Of a DNA stretch of 64,000 nt, positions 19,046 through 29,763 are shown one piece after another. Position 1 is the stretch's first letter. Every line of letters begins with the position of its first letter. The notes beneath the pieces were generated by a model. That model was not told the origin of the DNA and searched no databases. It saw only the letters and a program-made list of their open reading frames with translations. The position numbers and the translations under genes are program-made. The stretch covers positions 3,200,001 through 3,264,000 of the forward strand of contig CBDCGL010000011.1 of NCBI GenBank assembly GCA_965216755.1. The letters run 5' to 3'. This stretch comes from Alphaproteobacteria bacterium (lineage in GTDB: Bacteria > Pseudomonadota > Alphaproteobacteria > UBA7887).

Positions 19046-21382
19046 CTATGCCCGTCGGCGGGCGCGCGCTTTGGCCAGATCGGCCGGCGGTGGCGCCTCG
19101 ATACGGGCAGCATCCAACGCCGCGAACGCCGCCATGTTGACCATTTCCGCCACGGTCGCGCTCATCGGCACGATCTGCGCGGCCCGCGCCAGGCCCGACA
19201 GAAACGGGCCAACCACGGTACCACCACCCAATTCCTGGAGCAGTTTGGTGGCAATATTGGCGCTGTGCAGGGCCGGCATGATCAGCACATTGGCGGGACC
19301 GGACAAGCGGCAGAAGGGATAGATGTTGAGCAAATCAGGGTTGAGCGCGACGTCGGCGGCGATCTCGCCGTCATACTCGAAATCGACGTCGCGTGAATCG
19401 AGCACGTCGACCGCGTCGATGATTCGCCGCGCCGATTGCAATGGGGGATTGCCGAAGTTCGAGTAGGACAACAACGCCACGCGCGGTTCATGACCCATCG
19501 ATCGCGCTTTGGCTGCCGCCTGGCAGGCAATATCCGCCAACTCCTCGGCGGTCGGCAGCGCATGTACCGTGGAATCGGCGATAAACACGGTTTTACCACG
19601 CGCCAGCATCATGGTCAGGCCAATCACCCGTTTGCCCGGCTTGGGATCGATGACCCGGCGGATGTCGGCCAACGCCACATAAGAGCTGCGCGTCAGCCCG
19701 GTGATCATGGCATCGGCGTGGCTCATGGCAACGATGCAGGCGGCGAACACATTGCGGTCCTGATTGACCAATCGCTGACAGTCGCGCCGCAGATAGCCCT
19801 GCCGTTGCAAGCGGCGGTACAAAAAGTCCGTGTAAGCCTCGTTGTGCCGGCTGAGCCGCGCATTGTGAATTTCCAACCCATCCGGCTGACGCAACCCGAT
19901 CCGCGCCATGGTTTCGAAAATGCGGTTCTCGCGACCTATCAGGATCGGTGTGCCGAAGCCGTTGGCGTGCCATTGCACCGCCGCCCGGATCACTTGTTCC
20001 TCTTCGCCTTCGGCAAACACCATGCGCGCCGGGTTGGCACGCACCGCTTCCAGAATTCGATGCATGCTGTTGGCGGTGGGATCCAAACGCGAGCGCAAGG
20101 TCAGACGATAGCTTTCCTCGTCTTCAGTGGGTTTGCCGGCAACCCCGCTGGCAATGGCGGCGCGCGCCACCGCCGCCGGTACCGCTTCGATCAAACGCGG
20201 GTCGAATGGTTTGGGAATAACATAGTCGGGCCCGTATTGCAGCCGCTGGGCCGAATAGGCCGCCGCCACTTCATCGGGCACATCTTCGCGCGCCAATGCC
20301 GCCAATGCGTCGGCCGCCGCGATCTTCATGGCGTCGTTTATGGTGCTGGCGCGCACGTCCAAGGCGCCACGGAAGATGTAGGGAAAACCCAAAACATTAT
20401 TGACTTGATTGGCATAATCCGACCGGCCGGTCGCCATGATCGCATCGTCGCGCACCGCGCGCACCGCCTCGGGCGTGATCTCCGGATCCGGATTGGCCAT
20501 GGCGAAAATAATCGGCTTGTCGGCCATGCTGGCGACCATGTCCGGGGTCATCGCGCCCTTGGCCGAAAGACCGAAAAACACGTCGGCGCCTTTGACCGCT
20601 TCGGCCAGCGTACGGTCCTTGGTGTCGATCGCATGGCCCGATTTCCATTGGTTTAGACCCGCGGTGCGCCCTCGATAGATGACACCGCGCGTGTCGCACA
20701 GAACGGCATTCTGTGGCGGCAGGCCCATGACCTTGAGCAATTCCAGGCACGCAATGCCCGCCGAGCCGGCGCCGTTAACAACAATCTTGATGTCTTCCAA
20801 CTTGCGATCGGTCAAATGGACGGCATTGATCAAGCCGGCCGCGGCAATGATCGCAGTGCCATGTTGGTCATCGTGAAACACCGGAATATCCATCGCTTCC
20901 CGCAAACGCTCTTCGATCACAAAGCATTCGGGCGCTTTGATGTCTTCCAAATTGATGCCACCCCAGCTTTTGCCGAGAAAACGCACACAATTGACAAATT
21001 CGTCGACATCCTCCGTATCGACTTCCAGATCGATGGCGTCTATGTCGGCGAACCGCTTGAACAGTACGGCCTTGCCTTCCATCACCGGCTTCGACGCCAG
21101 GGCGCCCAAATTGCCCAGCCCCAAAACCGCGGTGCCGTTCGAAATTACCGCCACCATATTGCCTTTTGAGGTGTAGTCGTACGCCAGGGCGTTTTCATTG
21201 CGGATGCGCAAGCACGGGGCCGCCACACCGGGCGAATAAGCCAGCGACAGTTCGCGAGCCGTGGTCAGGGGTTTGCTGGCGCGCACCTCCAATTTGCCCG
21301 GCTTACCGTCAGCATGAAACGCCAACGCATCGTCGTCGGACGCAACATAAGTCGAGCTGGATTCGGGCATCGTCGTATTCAC
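19046..21382 (-). CDS. maeB: NADP-dependent malic enzyme with C-terminal PTA-like domain
   Basis: LSLAYSPGVA, KPVMEGK, FHDDQHGT, ATGRSD; FAEGEE and DGEI motifs in the C-terminal domain. Confidence 0.95.
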   Translation of the reverse strand: MNTTMPESSSTYVASDDDALAFHADGKPGKLEVRASKPLTTARELSLAYSPGVAAPCLRIRNENALAYDYTSKGNMVAVISNGTAVLGLGNLGALASKPVMEGKAVLFKRFADIDAIDLEVDTEDVDEFVNCVRFLGKSWGGINLEDIKAPECFVIEERLREAMDIPVFHDDQHGTAIIAAAGLINAVHLTDRKLEDIKIVVNGAGSAGIACLELLKVMGLPPQNAVLCDTRGVIYRGRTAGLNQWKSGHAIDTKDRTLAEAVKGADVFFGLSAKGAMTPDMVASMADKPIIFAMANPDPEITPEAVRAVRDDAIMATGRSDYANQVNNVLGFPYIFRGALDVRASTINDAMKIAAADALAALAREDVPDEVAAAYSAQRLQYGPDYVIPKPFDPRLIEAVPAAVARAAIASGVAGKPTEDEESYRLTLRSRLDPTANSMHRILEAVRANPARMVFAEGEEEQVIRAAVQWHANGFGTPILIGRENRIFETMARIGLRQPDGLEIHNARLSRHNEAYTDFLYRRLQRQGYLRRDCQRLVNQDRNVFAACIVAMSHADAMITGLTRSSYVALADIRRVIDPKPGKRVIGLTMMLARGKTVFIADSTVHALPTAEELADIACQAAAKARSMGHEPRVALLSYSNFGNPPLQSARRIIDAVDVLDSRDVDFEYDGEIAADVALNPDLLNIYPFCRLSGPANVLIMPALHSANIATKLLQELGGGTVVGPFLSGLARAAQIVPMSATVAEMVNMAAFAALDAARIEAPPPADLAKARARRRA

Positions 21383-21496
21383 CGTTCCTGGGATTGCCTA
21401 AGGCGGCAGCGCCGCGATTCATCACTGTAGAGCGCCGCATTGGCGCCGTAAAGCATGGCGCGGCGGCGCACGCGGGCTTGTGGTATGGTGCGGGCG

Positions 21497-24223
21497 ATGG
21501 CGTCCGATCGCACCGCCGTCGGGTCTCGCAGGTTACGCCGTAGCGGTGCCGGTGAGTCCAAACCCGGCGTCACACCCATGTTTGTCCAATATCTCGATAT
21601 CAAGCAGTCGCATCCCGACAGCCTGCTGTTCTTTCGCATGGGCGATTTCTACGAGATGTTTTTCGATGACGCCGTCGCCGCCGCGGCCGCGCTCGATATC
21701 GCCCTGACCAAGCGCGGCCAATATCGCGGCGAACCGGTGCCGATGTGTGGTGTGCCCGCGCACAGCCATGAAAGCTATCTGCAGCGCTTGATACGCAAGG
21801 GCTTCAAGGTTGCGATTTGCGAGCAGACCGAAGATCCGGCCACGGCCCGCCGGCGCGGCAGCAAGGCCTTGGTCAATCGCGACGTTGTTCGGGTGGTCAC
21901 AGCCGGGACGCTGACCGAAGACGCGCTTTTGGAGTCGCGCGCCAACAATCACCTCGCGGCCTTGGCGCGGGCTGGCGGCGGCTTCGCATTGGCTTGGCTT
22001 GATATGTCGACAGGCGACTTCGCGGTTGCCGAAGCCGACCCCGCTGGTCTGGGCGCGTTGCTCGCCCAGGTGGCCCCGGGGGAACTGCTGGTCGCCGAAG
22101 CGCTCCTTGACGGTGGGCCGATGGCAACCGCACTGGCGCCGTGGCGCGCCGACATCACCGCATTGCCGCAAGCCCGCTTCGACGGCACCAACGCCGCCCG
22201 CCATCTGCTTAACCACTTCGAAGTCGCCACAATGGAGTCCTTTGGTGGCTACAGCCGCGCGGAGATTACGGCGGCAGGCGTGCTCATCGACTATGTCGCG
22301 TTGACCCAAAAGGGCCAGATGCCGCGTCTGACACCGCCGCGCCGCCAACTGCCGCGCATGGTGATGGCGATCGATGCCGCGACTCGACGCAATTTGGAAT
22401 TGACGCAGGCGATCTCGGGCGAACGGGCGCACACGTTGCTGAAAGCCATTGATCGCACGCTCACCGGTGCCGGCGCGCGGCTTTTGGCAGCGCGCCTGGC
22501 CGCGCCGTTAACCGATCGGGCCGCGATCGAAACCCGGCTTGAAGCGGTCGCCGCCTGTGTCGTCACAGCACAAGTTCGTCAGCTGATTCGCGACCGATTG
22601 CGGGGCGCCCCCGATTTAGAGCGCGGCTTCAACCGATTGATGCTGGGCCGCGGCGGCCCCCGCGATTTGGCCGCCGTGCGCGACGCGTTGGCGCGTGCCG
22701 ACGGCCTGCGTCACGAGCTGACCGGCCGCGGCGCCCCCGCCGCCATCACCGCGTTGCAAGCCGAAGCCACAGCACTCGGTAGCCACGAAACCCTGGTCGA
22801 TCGCCTAAGCCGGGCCTTGGCAGACGAACTGCCCCTGGCGGCGCGCGACGGCGGTTTCATCGCGCCCGGCTATGCCGCCGAGCTGGACAACTTGCGGACC
22901 TTGCGCGACCAAAGCCGCCGCCTGGTGGTGGAGCTGGAAGCGCGCTACCGCCAGCAGACCGGGATCAACGCGCTAAAACTCCGCCATAACAACATGCTCG
23001 GCTACTATGTCGAAGTGCCCCAGGCCCATGTCGAGAAGCTGAGCGGGCGTCCGGACCAAGCCTTCATACACCGCCAGACACTGGCCAACGCGGCGCGATT
23101 TGCCACGGCCGAACTCAGCCAGCTGGAACAAGAGATCGCCAGCGCGGCAGAACGGGCTTTGGCCCTGGAGCTGACGCTGATGGACGACTTGATCGGCGAG
23201 GTGCGTGCCCGGGGCGATGCGATCGCCGCCGCCGCGCGCGCGATGGCCACGCTGGATGTAGCCGCCGCATTGGCCGAACTGGCGATCGAACATCGTTATT
23301 GCCGCCCCGAAATCGTCGATTCGACGGAATTTGTTATCGTCGGCGGCCGCCACCCGGTGGTCGAGCAACTCGCGGTCGCGCAAGACCCCGGCGGCGACGG
23401 TTTTGTCGCCAATGACTGCACGCTCGGCGATGATGACCGATTATGGTTGTTGACCGGGCCCAACATGGCCGGCAAAAGCACTTTCTTGCGCCAGAACGCC
23501 TTGATCGCGATTTTGGCGCAAATGGGTGCGTTTGTGCCGGCCACGCACGCACGGATTGGCATAATCGACCGTCTGTTCAGCCGCGTCGGCGCGGCCGACG
23601 ACTTGGCCCGGGGGCGGTCCACATTCATGGTCGAAATGGTCGAAACCGCGGCCATTCTCAATCAGGCGGGGCCCCGCGCGCTGGTCATTTTGGATGAAAT
23701 TGGGCGCGGTACGGCCACCTATGACGGCCTCTCGATCGCCTGGGCGACCATCGAGCATTTGCACGAACGCAATCGCTGCCGCGCCTTGTTCGCGACCCAC
23801 TATCACGAATTGACGGCGCTGGCGGCGAAATTGCCGGCCCTTAACTGTCACACCATGCGCGTGCGCGAATGGCAGGATCGGATCGTGTTCCTTTATGACG
23901 TCGGCCCCGGCTCCGCAGATCGGTCTTACGGCATTCATGTCGCCCGCTTGGCTGGGCTGCCGCCGGCCGTCATCGCCCGTGCCGAACAGGTGCTGGCCGC
24001 CTTGGAGCAGGATTCGCGCACCTCGTCGGCGATGCGCCTTGCGGAAGATCTGCCCTTGTTCGCCGCCGCCTGGGGCACGGCCGGTGCGGGGGACGACGCG
24101 GCACAACCGCAGACCTCAGACATCTTGAATGCCCTGGCCGATATCGACCCGGATGCGCTGTCGCCGCGGCAGGCACTGGAGTTGGTTTATCGCTTGAAAG
24201 AGTTGGCGTCAGCACCATCCTAG
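21497..24223 (+). CDS. mutS: DNA mismatch repair protein MutS
   Basis: [41 protein letters not shown]; start uncertain. Confidence 0.97.
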   Translation: MASDRTAVGSRRLRRSGAGESKPGVTPMFVQYLDIKQSHPDSLLFFRMGDFYEMFFDDAVAAAAALDIALTKRGQYRGEPVPMCGVPAHSHESYLQRLIRKGFKVAICEQTEDPATARRRGSKALVNRDVVRVVTAGTLTEDALLESRANNHLAALARAGGGFALAWLDMSTGDFAVAEADPAGLGALLAQVAPGELLVAEALLDGGPMATALAPWRADITALPQARFDGTNAARHLLNHFEVATMESFGGYSRAEITAAGVLIDYVALTQKGQMPRLTPPRRQLPRMVMAIDAATRRNLELTQAISGERAHTLLKAIDRTLTGAGARLLAARLAAPLTDRAAIETRLEAVAACVVTAQVRQLIRDRLRGAPDLERGFNRLMLGRGGPRDLAAVRDALARADGLRHELTGRGAPAAITALQAEATALGSHETLVDRLSRALADELPLAARDGGFIAPGYAAELDNLRTLRDQSRRLVVELEARYRQQTGINALKLRHNNMLGYYVEVPQAHVEKLSGRPDQAFIHRQTLANAARFATAELSQLEQEIASAAERALALELTLMDDLIGEVRARGDAIAAAARAMATLDVAAALAELAIEHRYCRPEIVDSTEFVIVGGRHPVVEQLAVAQDPGGDGFVANDCTLGDDDRLWLLTGPNMAGKSTFLRQNALIAILAQMGAFVPATHARIGIIDRLFSRVGAADDLARGRSTFMVEMVETAAILNQAGPRALVILDEIGRGTATYDGLSIAWATIEHLHERNRCRALFATHYHELTALAAKLPALNCHTMRVREWQDRIVFLYDVGPGSADRSYGIHVARLAGLPPAVIARAEQVLAALEQDSRTSSAMRLAEDLPLFAAAWGTAGAGDDAAQPQTSDILNALADIDPDALSPRQALELVYRLKELASAPS

Positions 24224-24298
24224 AGCCGGCATGGTCGGCGGGGTGGCGGCGGACTATACTTTGCTTGAGATTGTTACGGTTGGGCCAATCTGATCGGC

Positions 24299-27064
24299 AT
24301 GGAACGCGTTCCGAAACAAAGGGCGATTTTTGACCGCCGACAGGTGGCGGCGGACATCGACCATATGATCGAATCCGGCGCCACCGGGGCGCCGTTGCGC
24401 AAGGCGTTTTTGGAACGGATGAAAATGGCCTTGGCCAATGGGCGCGCCGAGATTGGAGCGCGTTTGGAATCTGGCCGCGACGGCGCCGCCCAGGCGGCGG
24501 CGACCGCCTTTCTGATCGATCAAATCATTACCGTCGCCTTCGATATGGCAGCGCATCGCGTGTTTCCCGAAGCCAATCCAACCGCAACCGACCGCCTGTC
24601 GTTGGTCGCGGTCGGCGGCTATGGACGTGGCGAAATGGCGCCGTTCTCAGACGTCGACCTGTTGTTCTTGCATCCTTACAAGACGACGCCGCGCGGCGAA
24701 CAGATCGTTGAATACATTCTGTATTTGCTGTGGGACTTAGGATTGACCGTTGGCCAAGCGACGCGCTCGGTCGACGAATGCATTGCACGCGCCAAACGCG
24801 ATATCACGATCCGAACGACCCTTCTGGAAGCCCGTTTTATCTATGGCGATCAAAGCTTGTACGCGGATTTGCGCGAGCGTTTTGATCGCGAGCTGGTCGC
24901 GCGCACGGGCCTGGCGTTTCTTGAGGCGAAATTGAAGGAACGCGACGACCGCCATCAAAAGATGGGCGATTCGCGTTATGTGCTGGAGCCCAATATCAAA
25001 GACGGCAAAGGCGGCCTGCGCGACCTGCACACGCTGTTTTGGATCGCGAAGTATTTGTATCGGTGCGAGGCGGTCGGTGACTTGGTGGCCCGCGGCGTCT
25101 TGACCGCGGACGAACGGCGCACATTTCGACGCGCCCACCGTTTCCTGTGGACCGTGCGCTTTTTCCTGCACGGCCTGACCAACCGGGCCGAGGAACGCCT
25201 GACTTTTGACGTGCAACCGGCGATCGCCGAAGCCATGCAATATACCGATCACGCCGGTAGCCGCGGCGTCGAACGATTCATGAAGCATTATTATTTGATT
25301 GCTAAGGATGTTGGCGATCTGACCCGAATCTTTTGCGCGGACCTAGAGGTCAAGCATCAACGCCGGTCACCGTTGAGCCTGCCGCGTTTGGGCGGCACGC
25401 GCAATATCGAGGGATTTGCCGTCGAACGTGGCCGCTTGACGGTACGCAAAGACAACAGCTTCAAGGCGGAACCGATCCGCATGATCAAGCTGTTTCACGT
25501 CGCGCACAATCACGGCCTTGATATTCACCCAACAGCGCTGCGCTTGATCACGCGAAACTTGGGCCAAATCAACGCGCGGCTGCGCGCCGACCGCGAAGCG
25601 AATCGCCTGTTCCTGGAAATCCTCACTTCGCGCACCAATCCGGAAATGACCTTGCGGCGAATGAACGAAGCCGGCGTATTGGGCCGCTTTATTCCCGATT
25701 TCGGCCGCGTGGTCGCGCAGACCCAGCACGACATGTATCACGTCTATACGGTGGATGAGCACACGCTGTTTGCGATTGGCATTCTGTCGCGTATCGAGCA
25801 CGGCTTGCTCACCGAAGAATTGCCGTTGGCAAGCGAGATCGTCCACGACGTGCAATCGCGTGCGGCCTTGTATCTGAGCGTGTTTCTGCACGATATCGGC
25901 AAAGGGCGCGGTGGCAGTCATTCCGACATCGGCGCGCGCATTGCGCGCAAAGTCGGGCCGCGTCTGGGCTTAAGCCAAGAAGAAACCGAGACCACGTCGT
26001 GGCTTGTGCAAAACCATCTGTTGCTGTCGAACGCGGCATTCAAGCGCGACCTGGGCGACCCCAAGACCATTCGCGATGTCGCCGCCATTGTTCAATCGGC
26101 CGAACGCTTGCGCCTGTTGCTGGTCCTCACCGTTGCCGATATTCGGGCGGTCGGGCCCAATGTTTGGAATGGTTGGAAAGGCGAATTGTTGCGCACCTTA
26201 CATCGTGAAACCGCCGCCGCGCTTACCGGTGGTTATGACGAGAAAGACCAGATCGGGCGCATTGCGGCGGCCCAGGACGCGGTGCGCGCCAAATTGTCTG
26301 ACTGGTCGCCGGACGATGTTGAAACGTTCATTGCACGCGGTTATCCGGCCTATTGGCTGTCGCTCAACACCGAAACCCAGGTGCGCCACGCCCAGATGAT
26401 GCGCGATGCCGACCGCAGCGGTGCGCCGCTGCACATGGAAACCCGCATCGACAGTTTTCGTTCGGTCACCGAGTTGACCCTGTACGCCGCCGATCATCAT
26501 GGGTTGTTTGCCGGCATTGCCGGCGCCATGGCGGTGTGCGGTGCCTCGGTGGTCAATGCCCGCATCAACACCACCACCGACGGCCGCGCCATCGATACTT
26601 TTTGGATTCAGGATCAAGATGGCAATCCGTTTGCGCGCCCAGATCGCTTGGCGCGTTTGTCCGCGACCATCGAACAGACCCTGGCCAATGATTTCAAGCC
26701 AGCCGATGCGCTGGCCCGCAAGACGTCCTTGCCGAGCCGCACATCGGTGTTCAAAGTGGCCCCGCGTGTGCTGATCGACAACCGTGCCAGCACAACCCAT
26801 ACCGTGATTGAGATCAACGCGCGCGACCGAATCGGTTTGATTTATGACGTGGCGCGCACGTTGGTGGCCCTTCGCCTGTCGGTCGCGATCGCGCGCATCA
26901 ATACATTTGGCGAACGCGCGGTCGATGTGTTCTATGTCAAGGATCCGTTCGGTATGAAAGTCGTGCAACAACAGAAGATTGAACAGGTCCGCGCGGCATT
27001 GCTGAAAGCGATTGCCGGCGAAACTGCTGACATTGGGGCCGCTGTTGCCGATGCCGCAGAGTAG
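24299..27064 (+). CDS. glnD: [Protein-PII] uridylyltransferase / uridylyl-removing enzyme
   Basis: AVGGYGRGEMAPFSDVD, EPNIKDGKGGLRD, YHVYTVDEH, LHDIGKG, two ACT domains. Confidence 0.97.
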   Translation: MERVPKQRAIFDRRQVAADIDHMIESGATGAPLRKAFLERMKMALANGRAEIGARLESGRDGAAQAAATAFLIDQIITVAFDMAAHRVFPEANPTATDRLSLVAVGGYGRGEMAPFSDVDLLFLHPYKTTPRGEQIVEYILYLLWDLGLTVGQATRSVDECIARAKRDITIRTTLLEARFIYGDQSLYADLRERFDRELVARTGLAFLEAKLKERDDRHQKMGDSRYVLEPNIKDGKGGLRDLHTLFWIAKYLYRCEAVGDLVARGVLTADERRTFRRAHRFLWTVRFFLHGLTNRAEERLTFDVQPAIAEAMQYTDHAGSRGVERFMKHYYLIAKDVGDLTRIFCADLEVKHQRRSPLSLPRLGGTRNIEGFAVERGRLTVRKDNSFKAEPIRMIKLFHVAHNHGLDIHPTALRLITRNLGQINARLRADREANRLFLEILTSRTNPEMTLRRMNEAGVLGRFIPDFGRVVAQTQHDMYHVYTVDEHTLFAIGILSRIEHGLLTEELPLASEIVHDVQSRAALYLSVFLHDIGKGRGGSHSDIGARIARKVGPRLGLSQEETETTSWLVQNHLLLSNAAFKRDLGDPKTIRDVAAIVQSAERLRLLLVLTVADIRAVGPNVWNGWKGELLRTLHRETAAALTGGYDEKDQIGRIAAAQDAVRAKLSDWSPDDVETFIARGYPAYWLSLNTETQVRHAQMMRDADRSGAPLHMETRIDSFRSVTELTLYAADHHGLFAGIAGAMAVCGASVVNARINTTTDGRAIDTFWIQDQDGNPFARPDRLARLSATIEQTLANDFKPADALARKTSLPSRTSVFKVAPRVLIDNRASTTHTVIEINARDRIGLIYDVARTLVALRLSVAIARINTFGERAVDVFYVKDPFGMKVVQQQKIEQVRAALLKAIAGETADIGAAVADAAE

Positions 27065-27125
27065 CGTGCGTCCGCTATTGACTCTTGATGCTATCGATGT
27101 GACCGCGATCGGGATGTGGTACTGA

Positions 27126-28682
27126 ATGGCGCTGCTGCGCTTCGCCGCGACGGTTGGCTCCTACACCATGCTGTCGCGCATCCTTGGTTTTTTGCGCGAC
27201 ATCCTGATCGCCCGTTATGTCGGCGCATCGGACGTCGGCGACGCGTTTTTCGTCGCCTTCAAGATCCCCAATCTGTTTCGGCGGCTGTTTGCCGAAGGCG
27301 CATTCAATTTGGCTTTCGTGCCGCTGTTTTCGGGCAAGCTCAAGGGTGATGGCCGCGCCGCCGCGCGACGCTTCGCCGAAGATGCCGTGGCGATTCTGCT
27401 GGTTGCGCTGGTCGGGTTCCTGTGCCTGGCAGAAATTTTCATGCCGTGGTTGGTGACCTTGTTCGCGCCCGGCTTTATCACCGACGCGGACAAGTTCAGC
27501 CTGACCGTGCACCTGACCCGGCTGACCTTCGTCTACCTGGTTTTCATATCGCTGGTATCGCTGATGGGCGGCCTGCTCAACAGCTTGGACCGATTTGCCG
27601 CCGTGGCGGCGACGCCGATCTTGCTCAATATTGTCCTGATCACGACCATGGTGGCGTTCGCAAACGCGACGCCGACGCCGGCACACGCCTTGGCCTGGGG
27701 CGTCGCCATCGCCGGCGCGGTGCAGTTCTTGTGGCTGGCGTGGAATTGCCATCGCGCGGGAATCTTGCCAGCCCTGCCGCGGCCGCGGCTGAACGCGGAC
27801 ATGAAACGCTTGCTGGTCCTGATGTTGCCGGCCGCGCTCGGTGCCGGAGTCTATCAAATCAATTTGGTGGTCGACATGGTCATCGCCTCGATCCTGCCGC
27901 GCGGCTCGGTTTCGTTTCTTTATTATGCCGACCGCGTTGTGCAATTGCCGCTGGGAGTCATCGGCGTGGCCGTCGGCACCGCCTTGCTGCCCATGCTTTC
28001 GCGCCATGTCCGCGCCGGCGAGGTAGCCGCCGCCCATGACAGCCAGAATCGCGCGTTGGAATTCGCACTTTTGCTCACCCTGCCCGCCGCGGCCGCGCTG
28101 ATGACCATCGCCGGACCGATCATCTCGGTGCTGTTCGAGCGGGGTGCGTTTACCACCAGCGACAGCCTGGCCGCCGCCGCCGCGCTGGCAGCCTACGCGG
28201 TTGGTTTGCCGGCATTCGTTCTGATCAAGGTCGTCGCGCCCGGTTACTTCGCGCGCCAAGACACCAAGACCCCGCTTTACATTGCGTGTGTTGCCTTGGT
28301 TGCCAATGTGGTTCTGAATTTGCTCCTGATGGGGCCGCTGGCGCATGCTGGCATCGCCTTGGCGTCATCTCTGTCGTCCTGGTTAAACGCCGGACTGTTG
28401 ATGCTGGGTTTGCACCGGCGCGGCCACCTGGTCGCCGACTCACAATTGTTGCGGCGCGTGCCGCGCATGGTCATCGCGGCGTGTCTGCTGGCCGTGGCGT
28501 TATGGGCTGCCGCGCCGCTGGCCGCCCCCTGGTTGGCCGCATCTCTGGGGCAGAAGATCGTTGCGTTGGCCGGCCTGGTCGCGATGGGGCTGCTGGTGTT
28601 TGTGGTCGCGGCGGAGTTGTGCGGGGCAATGCGCGGCCGCGAGTTGGCCCAAATGCTGCGCCGACGCCCGTCTCCGGGATAG
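27126..28682 (+). CDS. murJ: Lipid II flippase MurJ
   Basis: SRILGFLRD, PNLFRRLFAEGAF, YYADR..QLPLG, ARQDTKTP. Confidence 0.96.
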   Translation: MALLRFAATVGSYTMLSRILGFLRDILIARYVGASDVGDAFFVAFKIPNLFRRLFAEGAFNLAFVPLFSGKLKGDGRAAARRFAEDAVAILLVALVGFLCLAEIFMPWLVTLFAPGFITDADKFSLTVHLTRLTFVYLVFISLVSLMGGLLNSLDRFAAVAATPILLNIVLITTMVAFANATPTPAHALAWGVAIAGAVQFLWLAWNCHRAGILPALPRPRLNADMKRLLVLMLPAALGAGVYQINLVVDMVIASILPRGSVSFLYYADRVVQLPLGVIGVAVGTALLPMLSRHVRAGEVAAAHDSQNRALEFALLLTLPAAAALMTIAGPIISVLFERGAFTTSDSLAAAAALAAYAVGLPAFVLIKVVAPGYFARQDTKTPLYIACVALVANVVLNLLLMGPLAHAGIALASSLSSWLNAGLLMLGLHRRGHLVADSQLLRRVPRMVIAACLLAVALWAAAPLAAPWLAASLGQKIVALAGLVAMGLLVFVVAAELCGAMRGRELAQMLRRRPSPG

Positions 28683-28709
28683 ACCGCCGGTTCATTGGTT
28701 GCGTATTGG

Positions 28710-29522
28710 TTAGCGCGAAAACCCCAATACGTCGCGCATGCCATAAAGGCCTGGGGATTGGTCGCGTGTCCACAAGGCGGCGCGCACCGCACCGGCGGCA
28801 AAGATCCGTCGCGACGCGGATTTGTGCGTCAATTCGACGCGTTCGCCATCGCCGGCCAACACCACGGTGTGGTCACCGACGACATCGCCGCCCCGTAGCA
28901 CGGCAAATCCGATATGTCCGGTTTGGCGTGGTCCGGTGATGCCGTCGCGACCACGATCACTTTGGGATTCAAGATCGACGCCGCGGCCCGCGGCGGCGGC
29001 GCGGCCCAATGCCAAGGCGGTGCCCGAGGGCGCATCCACCTTGTGCTTGTGATGCATCTCGACAATCTCGATGTCGTAGTGGTCATCCAACGCCGCCGCC
29101 GCTTGGCGGGTCAATTCCAGCAACAGGTTCACGCCCACGCTCATATTCGGCGCCCACATGATCGGCGTTTGGGCAGCGGCGGTGCGTAAACTTTGTTGTT
29201 GGTCGACATCGAGACCGGTTGTCCCGATGATGTGGCTGGTCTTGGCGGCGGCGGCCAGCCCCGCATGGTAAACGGTTGCCGCGGGCGTTGAGAACTCCAG
29301 CACCGCGTCGCTGTCGGCGAACAATGTCTCGGCATCCTGACGGATGGCGATGCCCAGCGGTTCCAGACCGGCGACCGTGCCGGCGTCCTGGTCGATGGCC
29401 GCATGGCCAGCGTGCTCGATCGCGCCGCTCAACCGGCAACCAAGAGTTTCGTGGATTTCTCGCACCAAGGCCATGCCCATGCGGCCGGCGCCGCCCACCA
29501 CGCCTATGCGCATGTCGGTCAT
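28710..29522 (-). CDS. dapB: 4-hydroxy-tetrahydrodipicolinate reductase
   Basis: GGAGRMG, IGTTG, EMHHKHKVDAPSGTA. Confidence 0.96.
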   Translation of the reverse strand: MTDMRIGVVGGAGRMGMALVREIHETLGCRLSGAIEHAGHAAIDQDAGTVAGLEPLGIAIRQDAETLFADSDAVLEFSTPAATVYHAGLAAAAKTSHIIGTTGLDVDQQQSLRTAAAQTPIMWAPNMSVGVNLLLELTRQAAAALDDHYDIEIVEMHHKHKVDAPSGTALALGRAAAAGRGVDLESQSDRGRDGITGPRQTGHIGFAVLRGGDVVGDHTVVLAGDGERVELTHKSASRRIFAAGAVRAALWTRDQSPGLYGMRDVLGFSR

Positions 29523-29588
29523 ATTGTATATCCCCGTTTGTGGATTCGTGAGTCCGGATTTGAGATCGGCGACGAACCGTCAACCAGT

Positions 29589-29763
29589 CTAGAGCCGTGT
29601 CCGACAATATTGAACCATTCTGCCGGAGCGCATTTTCGCCAAGATCAAGTCGCTGTCCGCAGGGCGTATCGGGTATACTGCAAAGGACAGTGATGCAGAG
29701 ATCGGCGAAAAGGCGCCCGGGCCGCGAACAGAATTGATTCAATATTGTTGGACACGGCTCTAG
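29589..29763. repeat. Palindromic MITE-like element, copy 2 (CTAG...CTAG, 175 bp)
   Basis: CTAGAGCCGTGTCCGACAATATTGAA ... TTCAATATTGTTGGACACGGCTCTAG, with nested inner stems; abuts the dnaJ stop. Confidence 0.88.

Noticed and set aside
24220-24240. CTAGAGCC at the mutS stop as a further element copy
   Set aside because: The match ends after 9 bp and there is no partner inverted repeat.
29083-29742. 219-aa ORF running from element copy 2 across dapB as a fusion gene
   Set aside because: It is out of frame with dapB and has no homology cues.
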